In this document: piece after piece, positions 9,774-31,111 of the stretch
Layout of the letters: every line of letters begins with the position of its first letter
Numbering within the stretch: the first letter of the stretch is position 1
Position numbers and translations under genes: made by a program
Source: an uncultured Gemmatimonadales bacterium
GTDB taxonomy: Bacteria > Gemmatimonadota > Gemmatimonadetes > Gemmatimonadales > GWC2-71-9
NCBI GenBank assembly: GCA_963779755.1
Contig: CAVZZO010000003.1
Span: forward strand, 672,001 to 736,000
Reading direction: 5' to 3'
Length of the DNA stretch: 64,000 nt
Notes under the pieces: model-generated
The model's input: only the letters and a program-made list of their open reading frames with translations
What the model was told of the DNA's origin: nothing
Databases searched by the model: none

Positions 9774-10436
9774 TTACCCCACCACCGCCGGCGTTTCGCC
9801 CCGGAAGGGCCAGCCGAATCCGCGCAGCAGGGCCAGGCCCAAGTCGTCCCTCGTCGCCGAGGTGACCAGGGTGATGTCCATGCCGTGGATCTTCTCCACC
9901 CGGTCGAAATCGATCTCGGGGAAGATCATCTGCTCCTTCACGCCGAAGGAGTAGTTGCCCCGCCCGTCGAAACTCTTGTTGGGCAGCCCGCGGAAATCGC
10001 GCGTGCGCGGCACCGCGATATTGATGAACCGGTCGAGGAACTCGTACATCCGGGCGCCCCGCAGCGTGACCGTCACTCCGACCGGCATGCCCGCCCGCAA
10101 CCCGAAGTTGGAGATCGCCTTCTTGGCGCGGGTGATCACCGCCCGCTGGCCGGCGATGGCGGTGACTTCCTCCACCACCGTCTCCAGCAGCTTGGGGTTC
10201 TTCGACGCCTCGCCCAGGCCGACGTTGAGAACGACCTTCACCAGCCGGGGAATCTGGTGCGGATTGCGCAGGCCGAAGTCGCGCGCCAGCGCCGGGCGGA
10301 CCACCTGGTCGTAGTGCGTCCGCAGCCGGGGCACGCCCTCGGAAGCCTTCGGCGCCGCGTCGGTGTTCGCGGCGGCGGCCTTGTCCCGGTTCTTCTTGCC
10401 GCCCGCGGACGGCTTCTGTTCCTTCACCTTCGCCAT
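9774..10436 (-). CDS. rplE: 50S ribosomal protein L5
   Basis: [31 protein letters not shown]. Confidence 0.98.
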   Translation of the reverse strand: MAKVKEQKPSAGGKKNRDKAAAANTDAAPKASEGVPRLRTHYDQVVRPALARDFGLRNPHQIPRLVKVVLNVGLGEASKNPKLLETVVEEVTAIAGQRAVITRAKKAISNFGLRAGMPVGVTVTLRGARMYEFLDRFINIAVPRTRDFRGLPNKSFDGRGNYSFGVKEQMIFPEIDFDRVEKIHGMDITLVTSATRDDLGLALLRGFGWPFRGETPAVVG

Positions 10437-10439
10437 GGC

Positions 10440-10826
10440 TTATCGGCTCCTCGGGACCGGTTGTCCCGACTTCACCGCGATCCGCTCCACGGTTCCGTCC
10501 GCGTCCTTGCGGCGCCGGACCCGGGTCGGCTCGCCCGTCTTGGGATCGATCAGCATCGCCTTCGAGTGATGAATCGGCGCGGGGAACTCGATGATCCCCG
10601 CCTCCGCATTGGCCGTGGCGCTGCGATGGCGCTTCACCACGTTCACCCCTTCCACCACGATGCGGCCCTTGCGCGGCAATACCCGCAGCACCGTGCCCCG
10701 GCGGCCCTTCGCTTCGCCGGAGATGATCTGCACGGTGTCGCCCTTCGTCATGGGCAGCTTCATCGGCTGCGGCGCCGGCTTCCGCCGGCGCTGGCCGCGC
10801 GTCTTCTTGTAGACCAGCGGCTTCAT
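10440..10826 (-). CDS. rplX: 50S ribosomal protein L24
   Basis: [21 protein letters not shown]. Confidence 0.96.
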   Translation of the reverse strand: MKPLVYKKTRGQRRRKPAPQPMKLPMTKGDTVQIISGEAKGRRGTVLRVLPRKGRIVVEGVNVVKRHRSATANAEAGIIEFPAPIHHSKAMLIDPKTGEPTRVRRRKDADGTVERIAVKSGQPVPRSR

Positions 10827-10827
10827 A

Positions 10828-11196
10828 TCAGAGCACCTCCGGCGCCAGCGAGACGATCTTCATGTATTTCTTCTCGCGCAGCTCCCGCGCGACCGGCCCG
10901 AAGATGCGGGTGGCCCGCGGCTCGCCGTTATCGGTGATCAGGACCGCGGCGTTCTCGTCGAACCGGATGTAGGTCCCGTCCCGCCGCCGTGTTTCCTTGG
11001 CCGTGCGCACGATGACCGCCTTGGCCACGTCGCCCTTCTTCACCTGCCCGGCCGGGATGGCGTCCTTGATGGCCACCACCACGCGATCGCCCACGCCGGC
11101 GTAGCGGCGCTTGCTGCCGCCCAGCACCCGGATGATGAGCGCTTTCCGCGCGCCGGAATTGTCCGCGATCTTGACGATCGACTCTTGCTGAATCAT
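10828..11196 (-). CDS. rplN: 50S ribosomal protein L14
   Basis: MIQQES...[25 protein letters not shown]. Confidence 0.99.
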   Translation of the reverse strand: MIQQESIVKIADNSGARKALIIRVLGGSKRRYAGVGDRVVVAIKDAIPAGQVKKGDVAKAVIVRTAKETRRRDGTYIRFDENAAVLITDNGEPRATRIFGPVARELREKKYMKIVSLAPEVL

Positions 11197-11262
11197 GACC
11201 GAATTCTCGGTTAGTGCCTTCGGTTACCGCCGGCGTGCTCCGGGCCCGGCGGGCGTTTCGCG

Positions 11263-11550
11263 CTACTTCGCCCGCTCCACCACCTCGACCACCCGCCAGC
11301 TGACCGTCTTCGCCAGCGGCCGCGTTTCCATGATCCGGACGGTATCGCCCGTGTGGGCATCCATCTCGTTCCGCGCCTTGACCCGCTTGGTCCGCAGCAC
11401 CTGCTTGCCGTAGATCGGGTGGGCGAAGCGCCGGGTCAGCTCGACCGTCACGGTCTTGGTCATCTTATCGCTCACCACCAGGCCCACGCGCGCCTTGCGA
11501 TGGCTGCGGGTGGCGGTGGCCTGCTCGTCGGACTGCGTCTTCTCTGCCAT
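11263..11550 (-). CDS. rpsQ: 30S ribosomal protein S17
   Basis: GLVVSDKMTKT, HPIYGK, ETRPLAKT. Confidence 0.97.
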   Translation of the reverse strand: MAEKTQSDEQATATRSHRKARVGLVVSDKMTKTVTVELTRRFAHPIYGKQVLRTKRVKARNEMDAHTGDTVRIMETRPLAKTVSWRVVEVVERAK

Positions 11551-11568
11551 GTCGGTCTCCGTCTCCGG

Positions 11569-11760
11569 TTACTGGGCCGCCCGCTCGCGCAGGATCGTGC
11601 GGATCCGCGCCACGTCCCGCCGCATCAGCCGGAAGCGGGCGGTATTGCCCACGTCTTCCGTCGCCGAGCGGAACCGGAGGCGGAACCGCTCCTCGGTGAT
11701 CTCCGCGAGCTTGGCCTTCAGCTCTTCGTCCGCCAGCTCCCGCAGTTCCTGGGGCTTCAT
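11569..11760 (-). CDS. rpmC: 50S ribosomal protein L29
   Basis: ELREL...FRLRF...RRDVARIRT; operon position. Confidence 0.96.
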   Translation of the reverse strand: MKPQELRELADEELKAKLAEITEERFRLRFRSATEDVGNTARFRLMRRDVARIRTILRERAAQ

Positions 11761-11764
11761 CGCG

Positions 11765-12178
11765 TCAACCCTCCATCCGCTTCACGAAGCGGGTCTTCAC
11801 CGGCAGCTTGGCCGCGGCCAGGTCCAGCGCCTTGCGGGCCAGCCCTTCGGTGACGCCCTCCACTTCGAACATGACCCGGCCCGGCTTCACCACCGCCACC
11901 CAGCCCTCGGGATTGCCCTTGCCCTTCCCCATGCGGGTCTCGGCCGGCTTCTTGGTGATCGGCTTGTCCGGGAAGATCCGGATCCAGACCTTGCCGCCGC
12001 GCTTCATTTCGCGCGTCATGGCGACACGGGCCGCTTCGATCTGCCGGTTGCTGATCCAGCCCGGATCGAGCGTCATGAGCCCGTACTCGCCAAAGGCGAC
12101 GGTATTCCCCCGGGTGGCCAGCCCCCGGGTGCGGCCCTTGAACCGCTTGCGAAATTTGACCCGTTTCGGCGCCAGCAT
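11765..12178 (-). CDS. rplP: 50S ribosomal protein L16
   Basis: [18 protein letters not shown]. Confidence 0.99.
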   Translation of the reverse strand: MLAPKRVKFRKRFKGRTRGLATRGNTVAFGEYGLMTLDPGWISNRQIEAARVAMTREMKRGGKVWIRIFPDKPITKKPAETRMGKGKGNPEGWVAVVKPGRVMFEVEGVTEGLARKALDLAAAKLPVKTRFVKRMEG

Positions 12179-12181
12179 GCC

Positions 12182-12841
12182 TTACGCTCCCGTGCTGTAC
12201 GTGCGGCCGGAGAGGTCTTCGACGATCTCGCCCTTGAAGATCCAGACCTTGATCCCGATCGCCCCGTACGTCGTCTTGGCCGTGGACACCGCGTAGTCGA
12301 TGTCGGCCCGCAGCGTGTGCAGGGGTACCCGGCCTTCGTGATAGCCTTCCGTCCGCGCGATCTCGGCGCCGCCCAGGCGGCCCGACGCGCGGACCTTGAT
12401 GCCCTGCCCGCCCATCCGCATGGTGCTCTGCACCGCCCGCTTCATGGCGCGGCGGAACGAGATCCGCTGCTGGATCTGGTGGGCAATATTGTCGGCGACC
12501 AGCTGGGCCGAGAGCTCGGGCCGCTTGATCTCTTCCACATTGACCGCGGCTTCCTTCCCGGTCAGCTGGGCCAGCTCGTCGCGCAGCTTGTCCACCTCGG
12601 CGCCCCGCTTGCCGATCACCACCCCGGGCCGCCCGGTATGGATGGTTACCGTCACCTTGCCCGGCCGCCGGTCGATGTGCACCTCGGCGATCGCCGCATG
12701 GCCCAGCCGCGCCTTGATGTACTTGCGGATGAGCTCGTCTTCCTTGAGCAACGCCGGCATGTCGCGGGTGGCGTACCAGCGCGACTTCCAGGGCTTGACG
12801 ATGCCCAGCCGGAAGCCGATCGGATGCGTTTTCTGACCCAT
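12182..12841 (-). CDS. rpsC: 30S ribosomal protein S3
   Basis: [37 protein letters not shown]. Confidence 0.99.
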   Translation of the reverse strand: MGQKTHPIGFRLGIVKPWKSRWYATRDMPALLKEDELIRKYIKARLGHAAIAEVHIDRRPGKVTVTIHTGRPGVVIGKRGAEVDKLRDELAQLTGKEAAVNVEEIKRPELSAQLVADNIAHQIQQRISFRRAMKRAVQSTMRMGGQGIKVRASGRLGGAEIARTEGYHEGRVPLHTLRADIDYAVSTAKTTYGAIGIKVWIFKGEIVEDLSGRTYSTGA

Positions 12842-13197
12842 TAGTCGCTCTCTCTCATGCCCACCGTGATCTCCACGTGGCTGGTCCGCTTCCGGATCGG
12901 GGTGGCCCGCCCCTGCGCCGCCGCGGTAAACCGCTTGAGCGGCTGGCCCATATTGACGATGGCGCGGGTGACCACCAGCTCGTCCACGTCAAACCGCTCG
13001 TTCGACTGCATGGCCTTCTGCTCGGCGTTGGCCACCGCGCTGCGCAGCGTCTTGGCGATCTGCCGCGCCGCCAGCTTCTTGCTGAACTTCAGAATGGCGT
13101 AGGCCTCGTTCACGTCCTTGCCCCGGATCTCGTCGATCACGAGCCGCATCTTGCGCGGGGACTGGCGCACCATTCGCTGGATTGCTCTGGCTTCCAT
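12841..13197 (-). CDS. rplV: 50S ribosomal protein L22
   Basis: [20 protein letters not shown]. Confidence 0.97.
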   Translation of the reverse strand: MEARAIQRMVRQSPRKMRLVIDEIRGKDVNEAYAILKFSKKLAARQIAKTLRSAVANAEQKAMQSNERFDVDELVVTRAIVNMGQPLKRFTAAAQGRATPIRKRTSHVEITVGMRESD

Positions 13198-13225
13198 ATC
13201 TGTTCTCAGTCCTCGTGACCGCCGG

Positions 13226-13516
13226 TTACGCGGGCTTGGCTTTCTTGTCGGCCACCAGCTTGCCGCTGTGGCCCCGGAACAGCCGCGTGGGGGCGAACTC
13301 GCCCAGCTTGTGCCCCACCATGTTCTCGGTGACGTACACCGGCACGAACTTGTTGCCGTTGTGCACCGCGAAGGTGTGACCCACGAACTCGGGCAGAATG
13401 GTGCTCGCCCGGCTCCAGGTCTTCACCACCCGCTTCTCGTTCTTCGAGTTCAGGATCTGCACTTTGGTGAGCAGAGCCGTCTGCACGAAGGGGCCTTTCT
13501 TGATGCTGCGTGACAT
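13226..13516 (-). CDS. rpsS: 30S ribosomal protein S19
   Basis: [11 protein letters not shown] start at 13516 (the listed ORF is extended by repeat-derived codons); [11 protein letters not shown]. Confidence 0.98.
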   Translation of the reverse strand: MSRSIKKGPFVQTALLTKVQILNSKNEKRVVKTWSRASTILPEFVGHTFAVHNGNKFVPVYVTENMVGHKLGEFAPTRLFRGHSGKLVADKKAKPA

Positions 13517-13541
13517 ATCGCCAATCTCGGTTGTGAGCCTT

Positions 13542-13621
13542 ACCTCGACCCTCTCGACCCTCTCGACCTTCTCGACCACTCAGCCAGGTCGAGGAGGCTG
13601 AGGGGGCCGAGGTGGTCAAGG
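13542..13621. repeat. Inverted nonamer tandem-repeat element (nnCTCGACC)4 ... (nGGTCGAGG-like)4
   Basis: acctcgacc ctctcgacc ctctcgacc ttctcgacc / aggtcgagg aggctgagg gggccgagg tggtcaagg, between rplB and rpsS. Confidence 0.85.
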
Positions 13622-13645
13622 CCAGGCGAGAAAGCCGCTCCCCCG

Positions 13646-14485
13646 CTACTTCGTCGCCTTCCCGCGCTTCCGGCCCCGTACGATGAGCCGGTTGGTGTTC
13701 TTCTTCGGGTGCCGCGTCTTCCGCCCCTCGGCCTTGCCCCAGGGCGAGACCGGCGGGCGCCCGCCGCTGCTCTTGCCCTCGCCGCCACCCAGCGGGTGAT
13801 CCACCGGGTTCTTGGCCACGCCGCGGACCTTGGGCCGCTTGCCCAGCCAGCGCTGCTTGCCCGCCTTGCCCACCGCGATCAGCTCGTGCTCGGCGTTGCC
13901 CACCTCGCCGATGGTGGCGAGACAGCGGCCCAGCACCCGGCGCATCTCGGAGCTGCGCAGCCGCAGCGTCACGTAGTCGCCTTCCTTGGCCATGACCTGC
14001 GCGCTGGTTCCCGCGCTCCGCGCCAGCTGCCCGCCCCGGCCCAGTTTCAGCTCCACGTTATGCACCGTGGTGCCCAACGGGATCTCGACCAGCGGCATGG
14101 CGTTCCCCACCCGGATGTCGCTGCCGGGGCCGGAGACGACCGTGTCGCCCTGCTGCAGCCCCTTGGGGTGGAGGATGTAGCGCTTCTCCCCGTCGGCGTA
14201 GACCACCAGCGCAATGCGGGCGCTGCGGTTGGGATCGTATTCGATCTCCGCCACCCGGCCCGGCACGCCGTGCTTGTCGCGCCGGAAGTCGATCCGCCGG
14301 TACTGCCGCTTGTGGCCGCCGCCCCGGTGGCGCGAGGTCAGGTGCCCCTGGTTGTTGCGGCCCCCGCTGCCGCGCAACGGCTCCAGCAGCGACTTCTCCG
14401 GGGTGTCCCGGGTGATCTCGTCGAAGCCGGAGACCATCCGGAACCGCGTGCCCGCGGTGATCGGTCGGAATTGCTTGATGCTCAT
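13646..14485 (-). CDS. rplB: 50S ribosomal protein L2
   Basis: [30 protein letters not shown]. Confidence 0.99.
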   Translation of the reverse strand: MSIKQFRPITAGTRFRMVSGFDEITRDTPEKSLLEPLRGSGGRNNQGHLTSRHRGGGHKRQYRRIDFRRDKHGVPGRVAEIEYDPNRSARIALVVYADGEKRYILHPKGLQQGDTVVSGPGSDIRVGNAMPLVEIPLGTTVHNVELKLGRGGQLARSAGTSAQVMAKEGDYVTLRLRSSEMRRVLGRCLATIGEVGNAEHELIAVGKAGKQRWLGKRPKVRGVAKNPVDHPLGGGEGKSSGGRPPVSPWGKAEGRKTRHPKKNTNRLIVRGRKRGKATK

Positions 14486-14486
14486 C

Positions 14487-14774
14487 TCAGCCCTCAAAGA
14501 CCGGAATCGTGTCGCCGTCCTTCAACGTGACCACCGCCTTCTTCCACCGGGCCGTGGTCCCGTGGGTGCGCCCCCGCGAGACCAGCTTGCGCCGCATCTG
14601 CATGGTGCGCACGCTGATCACCGTCACCTGGAACAGCCGCTCCAGCGCGTCGCGGATCTGGAGCTTGCTGGCCTCGGGGTGCACCTCGAAGGTGTACACC
14701 TTGCTCGCCTGGTAGGCGGCGGAGCTCTTCTCCGTCACCACCGGCCGGACGATCGTCTGGTGCAGGGTCGGCAT
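14487..14774 (-). CDS. rplW: 50S ribosomal protein L23
   Basis: [21 protein letters not shown]. Confidence 0.97.
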   Translation of the reverse strand: MPTLHQTIVRPVVTEKSSAAYQASKVYTFEVHPEASKLQIRDALERLFQVTVISVRTMQMRRKLVSRGRTHGTTARWKKAVVTLKDGDTIPVFEG

Positions 14775-15653
14775 CTACTTGCTCCCCTTCTTCTTCGCGG
14801 CCGGCTTCTTCGCCGCCTTCTTGGCCGACTTCTTCTTCGCGGCCGGCTTCTTGGCGGCCTTCTTCTTCTTCGGGGCCGCCCGGGCGGCGGGCCTGGCCGC
14901 GGCCTTCTTGCGCGTCTTCCGGGCCGGCTTCTTCTCCTCGCCCTCCGCCGCCGCCCCGGCCTTGGGGGCCTTGCGGCGCGGCTTCCGGGCTCCGCCCTGG
15001 CGCACGTCCAGCGATTCGCCGGCGTCCGTCACCTCCGGGACCTCGCCGGTGATGGCGCCCTCTTCGGCCACGATGGTTTCGGCCCAGAGAATGTCATAGG
15101 CCGCGGCCTCGGCGAAGGGCATGACCCGCACCGACTGGATGTTCCGGCCGCTCAGGTAGACCGCCTCGTTCACCCCGTGGGTGAGGATCAGCGTCTTCTT
15201 CCCGGCCAGCTCCAGCCGGGCCAGCAGCTCGGCCATCCAGGCGGTACGCGGCTTCTCGAACTGCAGGCGCTCGACCACGATGAGCCGGCCTTCGGCGGCC
15301 CGGGCGTTGAGCGCCGAATGCCGCGCCAGCTGCTTCGCCTTGCGGGGCAGCTCGGTGCGGTAATCGCGCGGGTGCGGGCCGAATACGGTGCCGCCGCCCC
15401 GCCAGTGGGGCGCCCGGATGGAGCCCTGCCGCGCGCGGCCGGTGCCCTTCTGCTTCCAGGGCTTCTGGTTGCCGCCGGAGACGAAGCTCCGGGTCTTGGT
15501 TGCGGCGGTGCCCTGGCGCTGGTTGTTCAGGTACGCGCGCACGGCCTGATGCAGCGACGGCTCGTGCACCCGCCCGTCGAAGGTTTCCGCCGGCAGGGCG
15601 AAGGCCGCGGAGCGGCGCACGCCGTGGGGCGAAAAGTGTGGCGCCTCAAGCAT
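14775..15653 (-). CDS. rplD: 50S ribosomal protein L4 with Lys/Ala-rich C-terminal tail
   Basis: RQGTAATKTRS, QKGTGRARQGS, GGTVFGP. Confidence 0.97.
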   Translation of the reverse strand: MLEAPHFSPHGVRRSAAFALPAETFDGRVHEPSLHQAVRAYLNNQRQGTAATKTRSFVSGGNQKPWKQKGTGRARQGSIRAPHWRGGGTVFGPHPRDYRTELPRKAKQLARHSALNARAAEGRLIVVERLQFEKPRTAWMAELLARLELAGKKTLILTHGVNEAVYLSGRNIQSVRVMPFAEAAAYDILWAETIVAEEGAITGEVPEVTDAGESLDVRQGGARKPRRKAPKAGAAAEGEEKKPARKTRKKAAARPAARAAPKKKKAAKKPAAKKKSAKKAAKKPAAKKKGSK

Positions 15654-16269
15654 ACCGGCTCCGTCCTCCCTGTTTCTGCACGACCACGAGGCCGTTCTTC
15701 GAGCCCGGCACCGCGCCGCGGACGAAGAGCAGGTTGCGCCCCTCGTCGATCTTCACCACCCGCAGGCCCAGCTCGGTGTGGCGCCGGTCGCCCTGGTGGC
15801 CGGGCATCTTCTTGCCCTTGATGACCCGCGAGGGATCGGTGCCGGGGCTGATCGAGCCCGGCTTCCGGTGGCGGGTATTGCCGTGGGTGGCGGGCCCGCC
15901 GCCGAACCCGTGGCGGTGCACTACGCCCTGGAACCCCCGGCCCTTGCTGCGGCCGGTGACCTTCACCAGCTCGCCCGGGGCGAAGATGCCCACGGTGACC
16001 TCCTGGCCCGCTTCGGGGGCCTGGTCGTCCCGCGCGAACTCCCGCAGCACCGCCGGCGCCGCGTCCAGGCCCGCCGCCTTGGCGTGCCCCAGCGCGGCGC
16101 GGGTGGTCCGCTGCGGCCGGCGCGCGCCGAAGCCGAGCTGTACCGCCCGCTCGCCCACCTGCGTGACGCGGCAGGGGCCCGCTTCGATCACCGTCACCGG
16201 GATCGAGCTGCCGTCTTCCGCGAAGACGCGGGTCATGCCGAGCTTCCGACCGATCAGTCCCGTCGCCAT
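15646..16269 (-). CDS. rplC: 50S ribosomal protein L3
   Basis: GRKLGMT, SKGRGFQG, KGKKMPG, VRGAVPG. Confidence 0.98.
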   Translation of the reverse strand: MATGLIGRKLGMTRVFAEDGSSIPVTVIEAGPCRVTQVGERAVQLGFGARRPQRTTRAALGHAKAAGLDAAPAVLREFARDDQAPEAGQEVTVGIFAPGELVKVTGRSKGRGFQGVVHRHGFGGGPATHGNTRHRKPGSISPGTDPSRVIKGKKMPGHQGDRRHTELGLRVVKIDEGRNLLFVRGAVPGSKNGLVVVQKQGGRSRYA

Positions 16270-16271
16270 GG

Positions 16272-16580
16272 CTATTCGACCTTGATCTCCACGTCCACTC
16301 CCGCCGGCAGGTCGAGCTTGGTCAGCGCGTCCACCGTCTGGGGGCGGGAATCATTGATATCCAGCAGGCGCTTGTGCGTCCGCAGCTCGAACTGTTCCCG
16401 GCTCTTCTTGTCGATGTGCGGACTCCGCAACACCGTCCACCGCTCCATCTTGGTCGGGAGCGGGATGGGGCCCGACACCTGGGCGCCGGTCTTCTCGGCG
16501 GTGCGGAGAATGTCCGCGGCCGCCTGGTCCAGCACCTGGTGGTCGAAGCCCTTCAAGCGAATGCGAATGCGTCCGGCCAT
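16272..16580 (-). CDS. rpsJ: 30S ribosomal protein S10
   Basis: [26 protein letters not shown]. Confidence 0.99.
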   Translation of the reverse strand: MAGRIRIRLKGFDHQVLDQAAADILRTAEKTGAQVSGPIPLPTKMERWTVLRSPHIDKKSREQFELRTHKRLLDINDSRPQTVDALTKLDLPAGVDVEIKVE

Positions 16581-16590
16581 GTGAATCCTC

Positions 16591-16640
16591 AGACGGCAAG
16601 ACGGCAGGGCGGCAGGGCGGCAGGTCCGCCCTCCGGCCCA
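16591..16640. repeat. Octamer tandem repeat (RGRCGGCA)4 with degenerate inverted arm
   Basis: agacggca agacggca gggcggca gggcggca ... tccgccctccggccc, between tuf and rpsJ. Confidence 0.75.
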
Positions 16641-16652
16641 CCGAGTCCGGTG

Positions 16653-17855
<1,203 letters not shown>

Positions 17856-17932
17856 GGTACGCGCTTCCTGTGTTAAGGGCTGTCTGCTGTCCGCCGTCGG
17901 CTATCCAGCCCCGTGCGGCGCGGGCCGCACGG

Positions 17933-20023
17933 TTACTTCCGGTTGATGATCTGTTCCGCGATGCTCTGCGGCACCTGCTCGTAGTGATCGAACTCCATGG
18001 AGTACACCGCCCGGCCCTGGCTCATGGAGCGCAGGGTGGTGGAGTACCCGAACATCTCCGCCAGAGGCACCGTGGCCGCCACCACCTGGGCCTCGCCCCG
18101 CTGCGTCATGCCGCCGATCTTGCCGCGCCGGCCCGAGAGGTCGCCGATGACGTCGCCCAGGTACTCGCCCGGGGCCACGACCTCGACCTCCATCACCGGC
18201 TCCAGCAGGATGGCGCCGGCCTTCCGCGCCGCGTCCTTGATCGCCATGCTGCCGGCGATCTTGAAGGCCATTTCGGAGCTGTCGACGTCGTGATAGCTGC
18301 CGTCCACCAGCTCCACTTTCACGTCCACCATGGGATAGCCGGCCAGCACGCCGCCTTCCAGCGCTTCCTTGATGCCGGCTTCGACCGGCTTGATGAACTC
18401 CCGCGGGATCACGCCGCCCACGATCTTGTCCTCGAACACGAACCCGTGGCCCGGCTCGCAGGGCTCGGCGTTGATCACCACGTGGCCGTACTGGCCCTTG
18501 CCGCCCGACTGCCGGACGAACCTGCCCTGGACGTTTTCGATCCGCTTGGTGATCGTCTCCCGGAAGGCCACCTGGGGCCGGCCCACATTGGCCTCGACCC
18601 GGAACTCCCGCTTCATCCGGTCGACGATGATCTCCAGATGGAGCTCGCCCATGCCGGCGATGATCGTCTGCCCCGTCTCGGCGTCGGTGCGCACCCGGAA
18701 GGTGGGGTCTTCCTCCGCCAGCTTCTGCAGCGCCAGCGACAGCTTTTCCTGGTCGGCCTTGGTCTTCGGCTCCACCGCCACGTCGATGACGGGGTTGGGG
18801 AACTTCATGGCCTCGAGGATGATCGGCTTGGAATCGTCGCACAGGGTGTCGCCGGTGCGCGTGTCCTTGAGGCCGATGGCGGCGGCGATGTCGCCGGCCC
18901 GCACTTCCTCGATCTCCTCCCGCTTGTTGGCGTGCATCTGCAGCAGCCGGGCGACCCGCTCCCGCTTGTCCTTGGTGCTGTTGTACACGTACGACCCCGA
19001 CTTGATGGTGCCGCTGTAGACCCGGAAATACGTCAGCCGGCCCACGTAGGGATCGGTCATGATCTTGAACGCCAGCGCGGCCAGCGGCTCCTCGTCGGAG
19101 GTGCAGCGCTCCACGCGCGTCTCGTCGTGCAGCGGCAGGTGCCCCGTAATGGCCGGCACGTCTTCCGGGCTGGGCAGAAAGTCCACCACCGCGTCCAGCA
19201 GCGCCTGCACGCCCTTGTTCTTGAAGGCGGCGCCGCAGAGCACCGGCACGATCCGCCCCGCCAGGGTGGCCTTCCGCAGGCCGCGGCGCAGCTCGTCTTC
19301 CGACAGCTCCTCGCCGCCCAGGTACTTCTCCAGCAGGGTGTCGTCGCCCTCGGCGATGGCCTCGACCAGCTCGTGCCGCAGCTCGGCCACCTTGTCCCTG
19401 AAGACGTCGGGTATCGGGCCGTCGTAAAACTTGCTGCCCATGGACTCGTCGTCGAACACCCGCTCGAACTGGCCGATCACGTCCAGGTGTCCGGTGAACA
19501 GCTCGGCCGCTCCCAGGGGCCACTGGATGGGCAGCGCGTGCGCGCCCAGGCGGTCCTTGATCATGGCCAGGCAGCGCTCGAAGTCGGCGCCGATCCGGTC
19601 CATCTTGTTGACGAAGATGATCCGCGGCACGCCGTAACGATCGGCCTGGCGCCAGACGGTTTCGGTCTGGGGCTCCACCCCGCTCACCGCGTCCAGCACG
19701 GTCACGGCGCCGTCCAGCACCCGGAGCGACCGCTCCACCTCGGCGGTGAAATCCACGTGGCCCGGGGTGTCGATCAGGTTGATCCGGTACAGCACCTCGC
19801 CCCGCTTCCAGAAGCAGGTGGTGGCGGCGGACGTGATGGTGATGCCCCGCTCCTGCTCCTGTTCCATCCAGTCCATGGTGGCCGCGCCCTCATGGACCTC
19901 GCCCATCTTGTAGTTCTTCCCCGTGTAATAGAGGATGCGCTCGGTCGTAGTCGTCTTCCCGGCATCGATGTGGGCCATGATGCCGATATTCCGATAATGA
20001 GAGAGCGGTGTTTCTCGCGCCAT
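17933..20023 (-). CDS. fusA: Elongation factor G
   Basis: [27 protein letters not shown]; start placed at MARETPL (20023). Confidence 0.99.
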   Translation of the reverse strand: MARETPLSHYRNIGIMAHIDAGKTTTTERILYYTGKNYKMGEVHEGAATMDWMEQEQERGITITSAATTCFWKRGEVLYRINLIDTPGHVDFTAEVERSLRVLDGAVTVLDAVSGVEPQTETVWRQADRYGVPRIIFVNKMDRIGADFERCLAMIKDRLGAHALPIQWPLGAAELFTGHLDVIGQFERVFDDESMGSKFYDGPIPDVFRDKVAELRHELVEAIAEGDDTLLEKYLGGEELSEDELRRGLRKATLAGRIVPVLCGAAFKNKGVQALLDAVVDFLPSPEDVPAITGHLPLHDETRVERCTSDEEPLAALAFKIMTDPYVGRLTYFRVYSGTIKSGSYVYNSTKDKRERVARLLQMHANKREEIEEVRAGDIAAAIGLKDTRTGDTLCDDSKPIILEAMKFPNPVIDVAVEPKTKADQEKLSLALQKLAEEDPTFRVRTDAETGQTIIAGMGELHLEIIVDRMKREFRVEANVGRPQVAFRETITKRIENVQGRFVRQSGGKGQYGHVVINAEPCEPGHGFVFEDKIVGGVIPREFIKPVEAGIKEALEGGVLAGYPMVDVKVELVDGSYHDVDSSEMAFKIAGSMAIKDAARKAGAILLEPVMEVEVVAPGEYLGDVIGDLSGRRGKIGGMTQRGEAQVVAATVPLAEMFGYSTTLRSMSQGRAVYSMEFDHYEQVPQSIAEQIINRK

Positions 20024-20206
20024 AAACCCCAGACCAAGTGCCCAACAGAAAAGCGGGGCGACCGAACCCAGCCCGTGCTGGTGGTATCGCTCCGCGCGCA
20101 TCCGGGCCGGAGCCCTGGATGACCCTCCGCTGAGGGCACGCGTTGTCGTCAGAAGACCAGAGGTGGCGCGGGCTTGCGGGCCCGGTCACGTGATCCGATT
20201 GTTCAG

Positions 20207-20250
20207 CCTCACCCCGTTCCCCCTCTCCACGTCGCGGAGAGGGGGTCAGG
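20207..20250. repeat. CCTCACCCC...CCCCCTCTCC-N-GGAGAGGGGG palindromic element, copy 1
   Basis: cctcaccccgttccccctctccacgtcgcggagagggggtcagg; near-identical copy at 33404. Confidence 0.8.
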
Positions 20251-20721
20251 TTACCACCGGTAGTGCGCAAACGCCCGGTTGGCCTCGGCCATCCGGTGCG
20301 TGTCTTCCTTCTTCTTGATGGTGCTGCCCTCGCCCTTGGAGGCGAGGATCAACTCCGCCGCCAGCCGCTCGGACATGGACTTCTCGCTGCGCCCGCGGGC
20401 GTAATCGATGAGCCACCGCATGGCCAGCGCGCTGCGCCGCTCGGGGCGCACTTCGACCGGCACCTGGAGCGAGGCACCGCCCACCCGGCGGCTCTTGACC
20501 TCGACCATGGGCTTGGCGTTGTTCACCGCCTGCTTGAACACCGCCACCCCCGGCTGCCCCGTCCGCTCTTCGATCAGGTCCATCGCCGAGTAGAAGATCC
20601 GCTCGGCCAGGCTCTTGTTCCCCTGGTACATCAGGTTGCTGATGAACTTGGAGACCGTCTGGCTGTCGTAGCGCGGATCGGGCGGAATGGGCCGCTTGAC
20701 GGCCCGGTTGCGCCGGCTCAC
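20251..20721 (-). CDS. rpsG: 30S ribosomal protein S7
   Basis: GTG start overlapping the rpsL stop; [24 protein letters not shown]. Confidence 0.98.
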   Translation of the reverse strand: MSRRNRAVKRPIPPDPRYDSQTVSKFISNLMYQGNKSLAERIFYSAMDLIEERTGQPGVAVFKQAVNNAKPMVEVKSRRVGGASLQVPVEVRPERRSALAMRWLIDYARGRSEKSMSERLAAELILASKGEGSTIKKKEDTHRMAEANRAFAHYRW

Positions 20722-21101
20722 TTGCCACCCGCCTTGGGCCGCTTGGAGCCGTACTTGCTGCGGCTCTGCCGCCGGTCGTTCACCCCGGCCGCGTCCAGCG
20801 TGCCCCGCACGATGTGGTAGCGGACCCCGGGCAGGTCCTTCACCCGGCCCCCGCGGATCAGCACGATCGAATGCTCCTGCAGGTTGTGCCCCTCGCCCGG
20901 GATGTACGCGGTCACCTCGAAGCCGTTGGTGAGCCGGACACGCGCCACCTTGCGGAGGGCCGAGTTCGGCTTCTTGGGCGTGGTGGTGTACACGCGCGTG
21001 CACACGCCCCGCTTCTGCGGGTTCTGCTTGAGCGCCGGCGCCTTGTCCTTGGCCGCGACCGGGCGGCGCCCTCCCCGAACGAGCTGATTAATAGTCGGCA
21101 T
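20718..21101 (-). CDS. rpsL: 30S ribosomal protein S12
   Basis: MPTINQLVR start at 21101; [23 protein letters not shown]. Confidence 0.99.
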   Translation of the reverse strand: MPTINQLVRGGRRPVAAKDKAPALKQNPQKRGVCTRVYTTTPKKPNSALRKVARVRLTNGFEVTAYIPGEGHNLQEHSIVLIRGGRVKDLPGVRYHIVRGTLDAAGVNDRRQSRSKYGSKRPKAGGK

Positions 21102-21152
21102 AACCTCTGGAACCGGATATCCAAAAAAGCTGCCAAAACTTGGCAGACCCCA

Positions 21153-21181
21153 AACATAGAGGGGGCCTGGGGTTGGGTCAA
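21153..21181 (-). promoter_or_regulatory. Sigma-70-type promoter of the str operon
   Basis: TTGACC-17 bp-TATGTT, about 50 bp upstream of the rpsL ATG. Confidence 0.7.
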
Positions 21182-21350
21182 GGCGGCCACGCCGGGGGTT
21201 CCCTACCCCGCAGACCCGGCCAGGCCGGGCTCCCCCGGGGGGGGCGGGACGGGGGGCAGCGGCCGGAAGCCGGGCAGGCTGGCGCCCGGGGCGGGAAGCT
21301 GTTTCCGTAGGAAGGCCGCCGCTCTTATCCCCCATCCCAGGAGAGCAGCA

Positions 21351-21770
21351 ATGTCCAGCGCACCGACACGCGCAGCCATGGAGCGCTACATCCAGTCGCA
21401 GCACCAGGATCTGAGCATGATGGCGGACGACGTCGTCTTCACCACCATGGCCACCGGCGAGGAGCACCGGGGCATCGAGGGGGTCCGGCGCATGTTGCAC
21501 CACATCTACCACGAGGCCTTCGACGCGCACGCCGAGGTCCGGGCGCTGATCTGCGACGACGGACACGCCGCGCTGGAGGCGACCTTCATCGGGCGGCACA
21601 CGGGCGAGTTTGCCGGAATCGCCGCCACCGGCCGGGAGGTCCGGGTCCCGCTCTGCGTCGTGTATGATGTCGACAATGGACAGATCCGCCGCGGCCGGGT
21701 CTATCTCGAAGTGCCGGTCATGCTGCAGCAGCTGGGCGCCGTGCCGGAGGCGGGGGAGGTGTCCCGATAA
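21351..21770 (+). CDS. SnoaL-like / ester cyclase family protein (NTF2 fold)
   Basis: 139 aa from ATG 21351 after [24 protein letters not shown] motif. Confidence 0.85.
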   Translation: MSSAPTRAAMERYIQSQHQDLSMMADDVVFTTMATGEEHRGIEGVRRMLHHIYHEAFDAHAEVRALICDDGHAALEATFIGRHTGEFAGIAATGREVRVPLCVVYDVDNGQIRRGRVYLEVPVMLQQLGAVPEAGEVSR

Positions 21771-21828
21771 TCTCCGGCGGCGCGATGGGGCCCGGGCAGG
21801 AAGCCGGGCCCATTGCGCCCCCAACCCC

Positions 21829-21859
21829 AACGAAACAGGGGGCCCCAAAGGGCCCCCTG
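21829..21859 (-). terminator. Intrinsic terminator after rpoC
   Basis: 10-bp stem CAGGGGGCCC/GGGCCCCCTG with a 4-nt loop, followed by TTTCGTT on the minus strand. Confidence 0.65.
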
Positions 21860-21906
21860 CCGTGCCGTCTTCCTGCCGTCTTGCCGCCTTGCCCTCCTGC
21901 CGTCCT
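21858..21906. repeat. Octamer tandem repeat (TGCCGTCY)n
   Basis: tgccgtct tcc tgccgtct tgccgcct tgccctcc tgccgtcc, immediately after the rpoC stop. Confidence 0.75.
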
Positions 21907-21909
21907 GGA

Positions 21910-31111
<9,202 letters not shown>

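Noticed and set aside
13517..13579. N-terminal extension of S19 ([12 protein letters not shown]...)
   Set aside because: Translation of the nonamer repeat arm; the conserved S19 start is at 13516.
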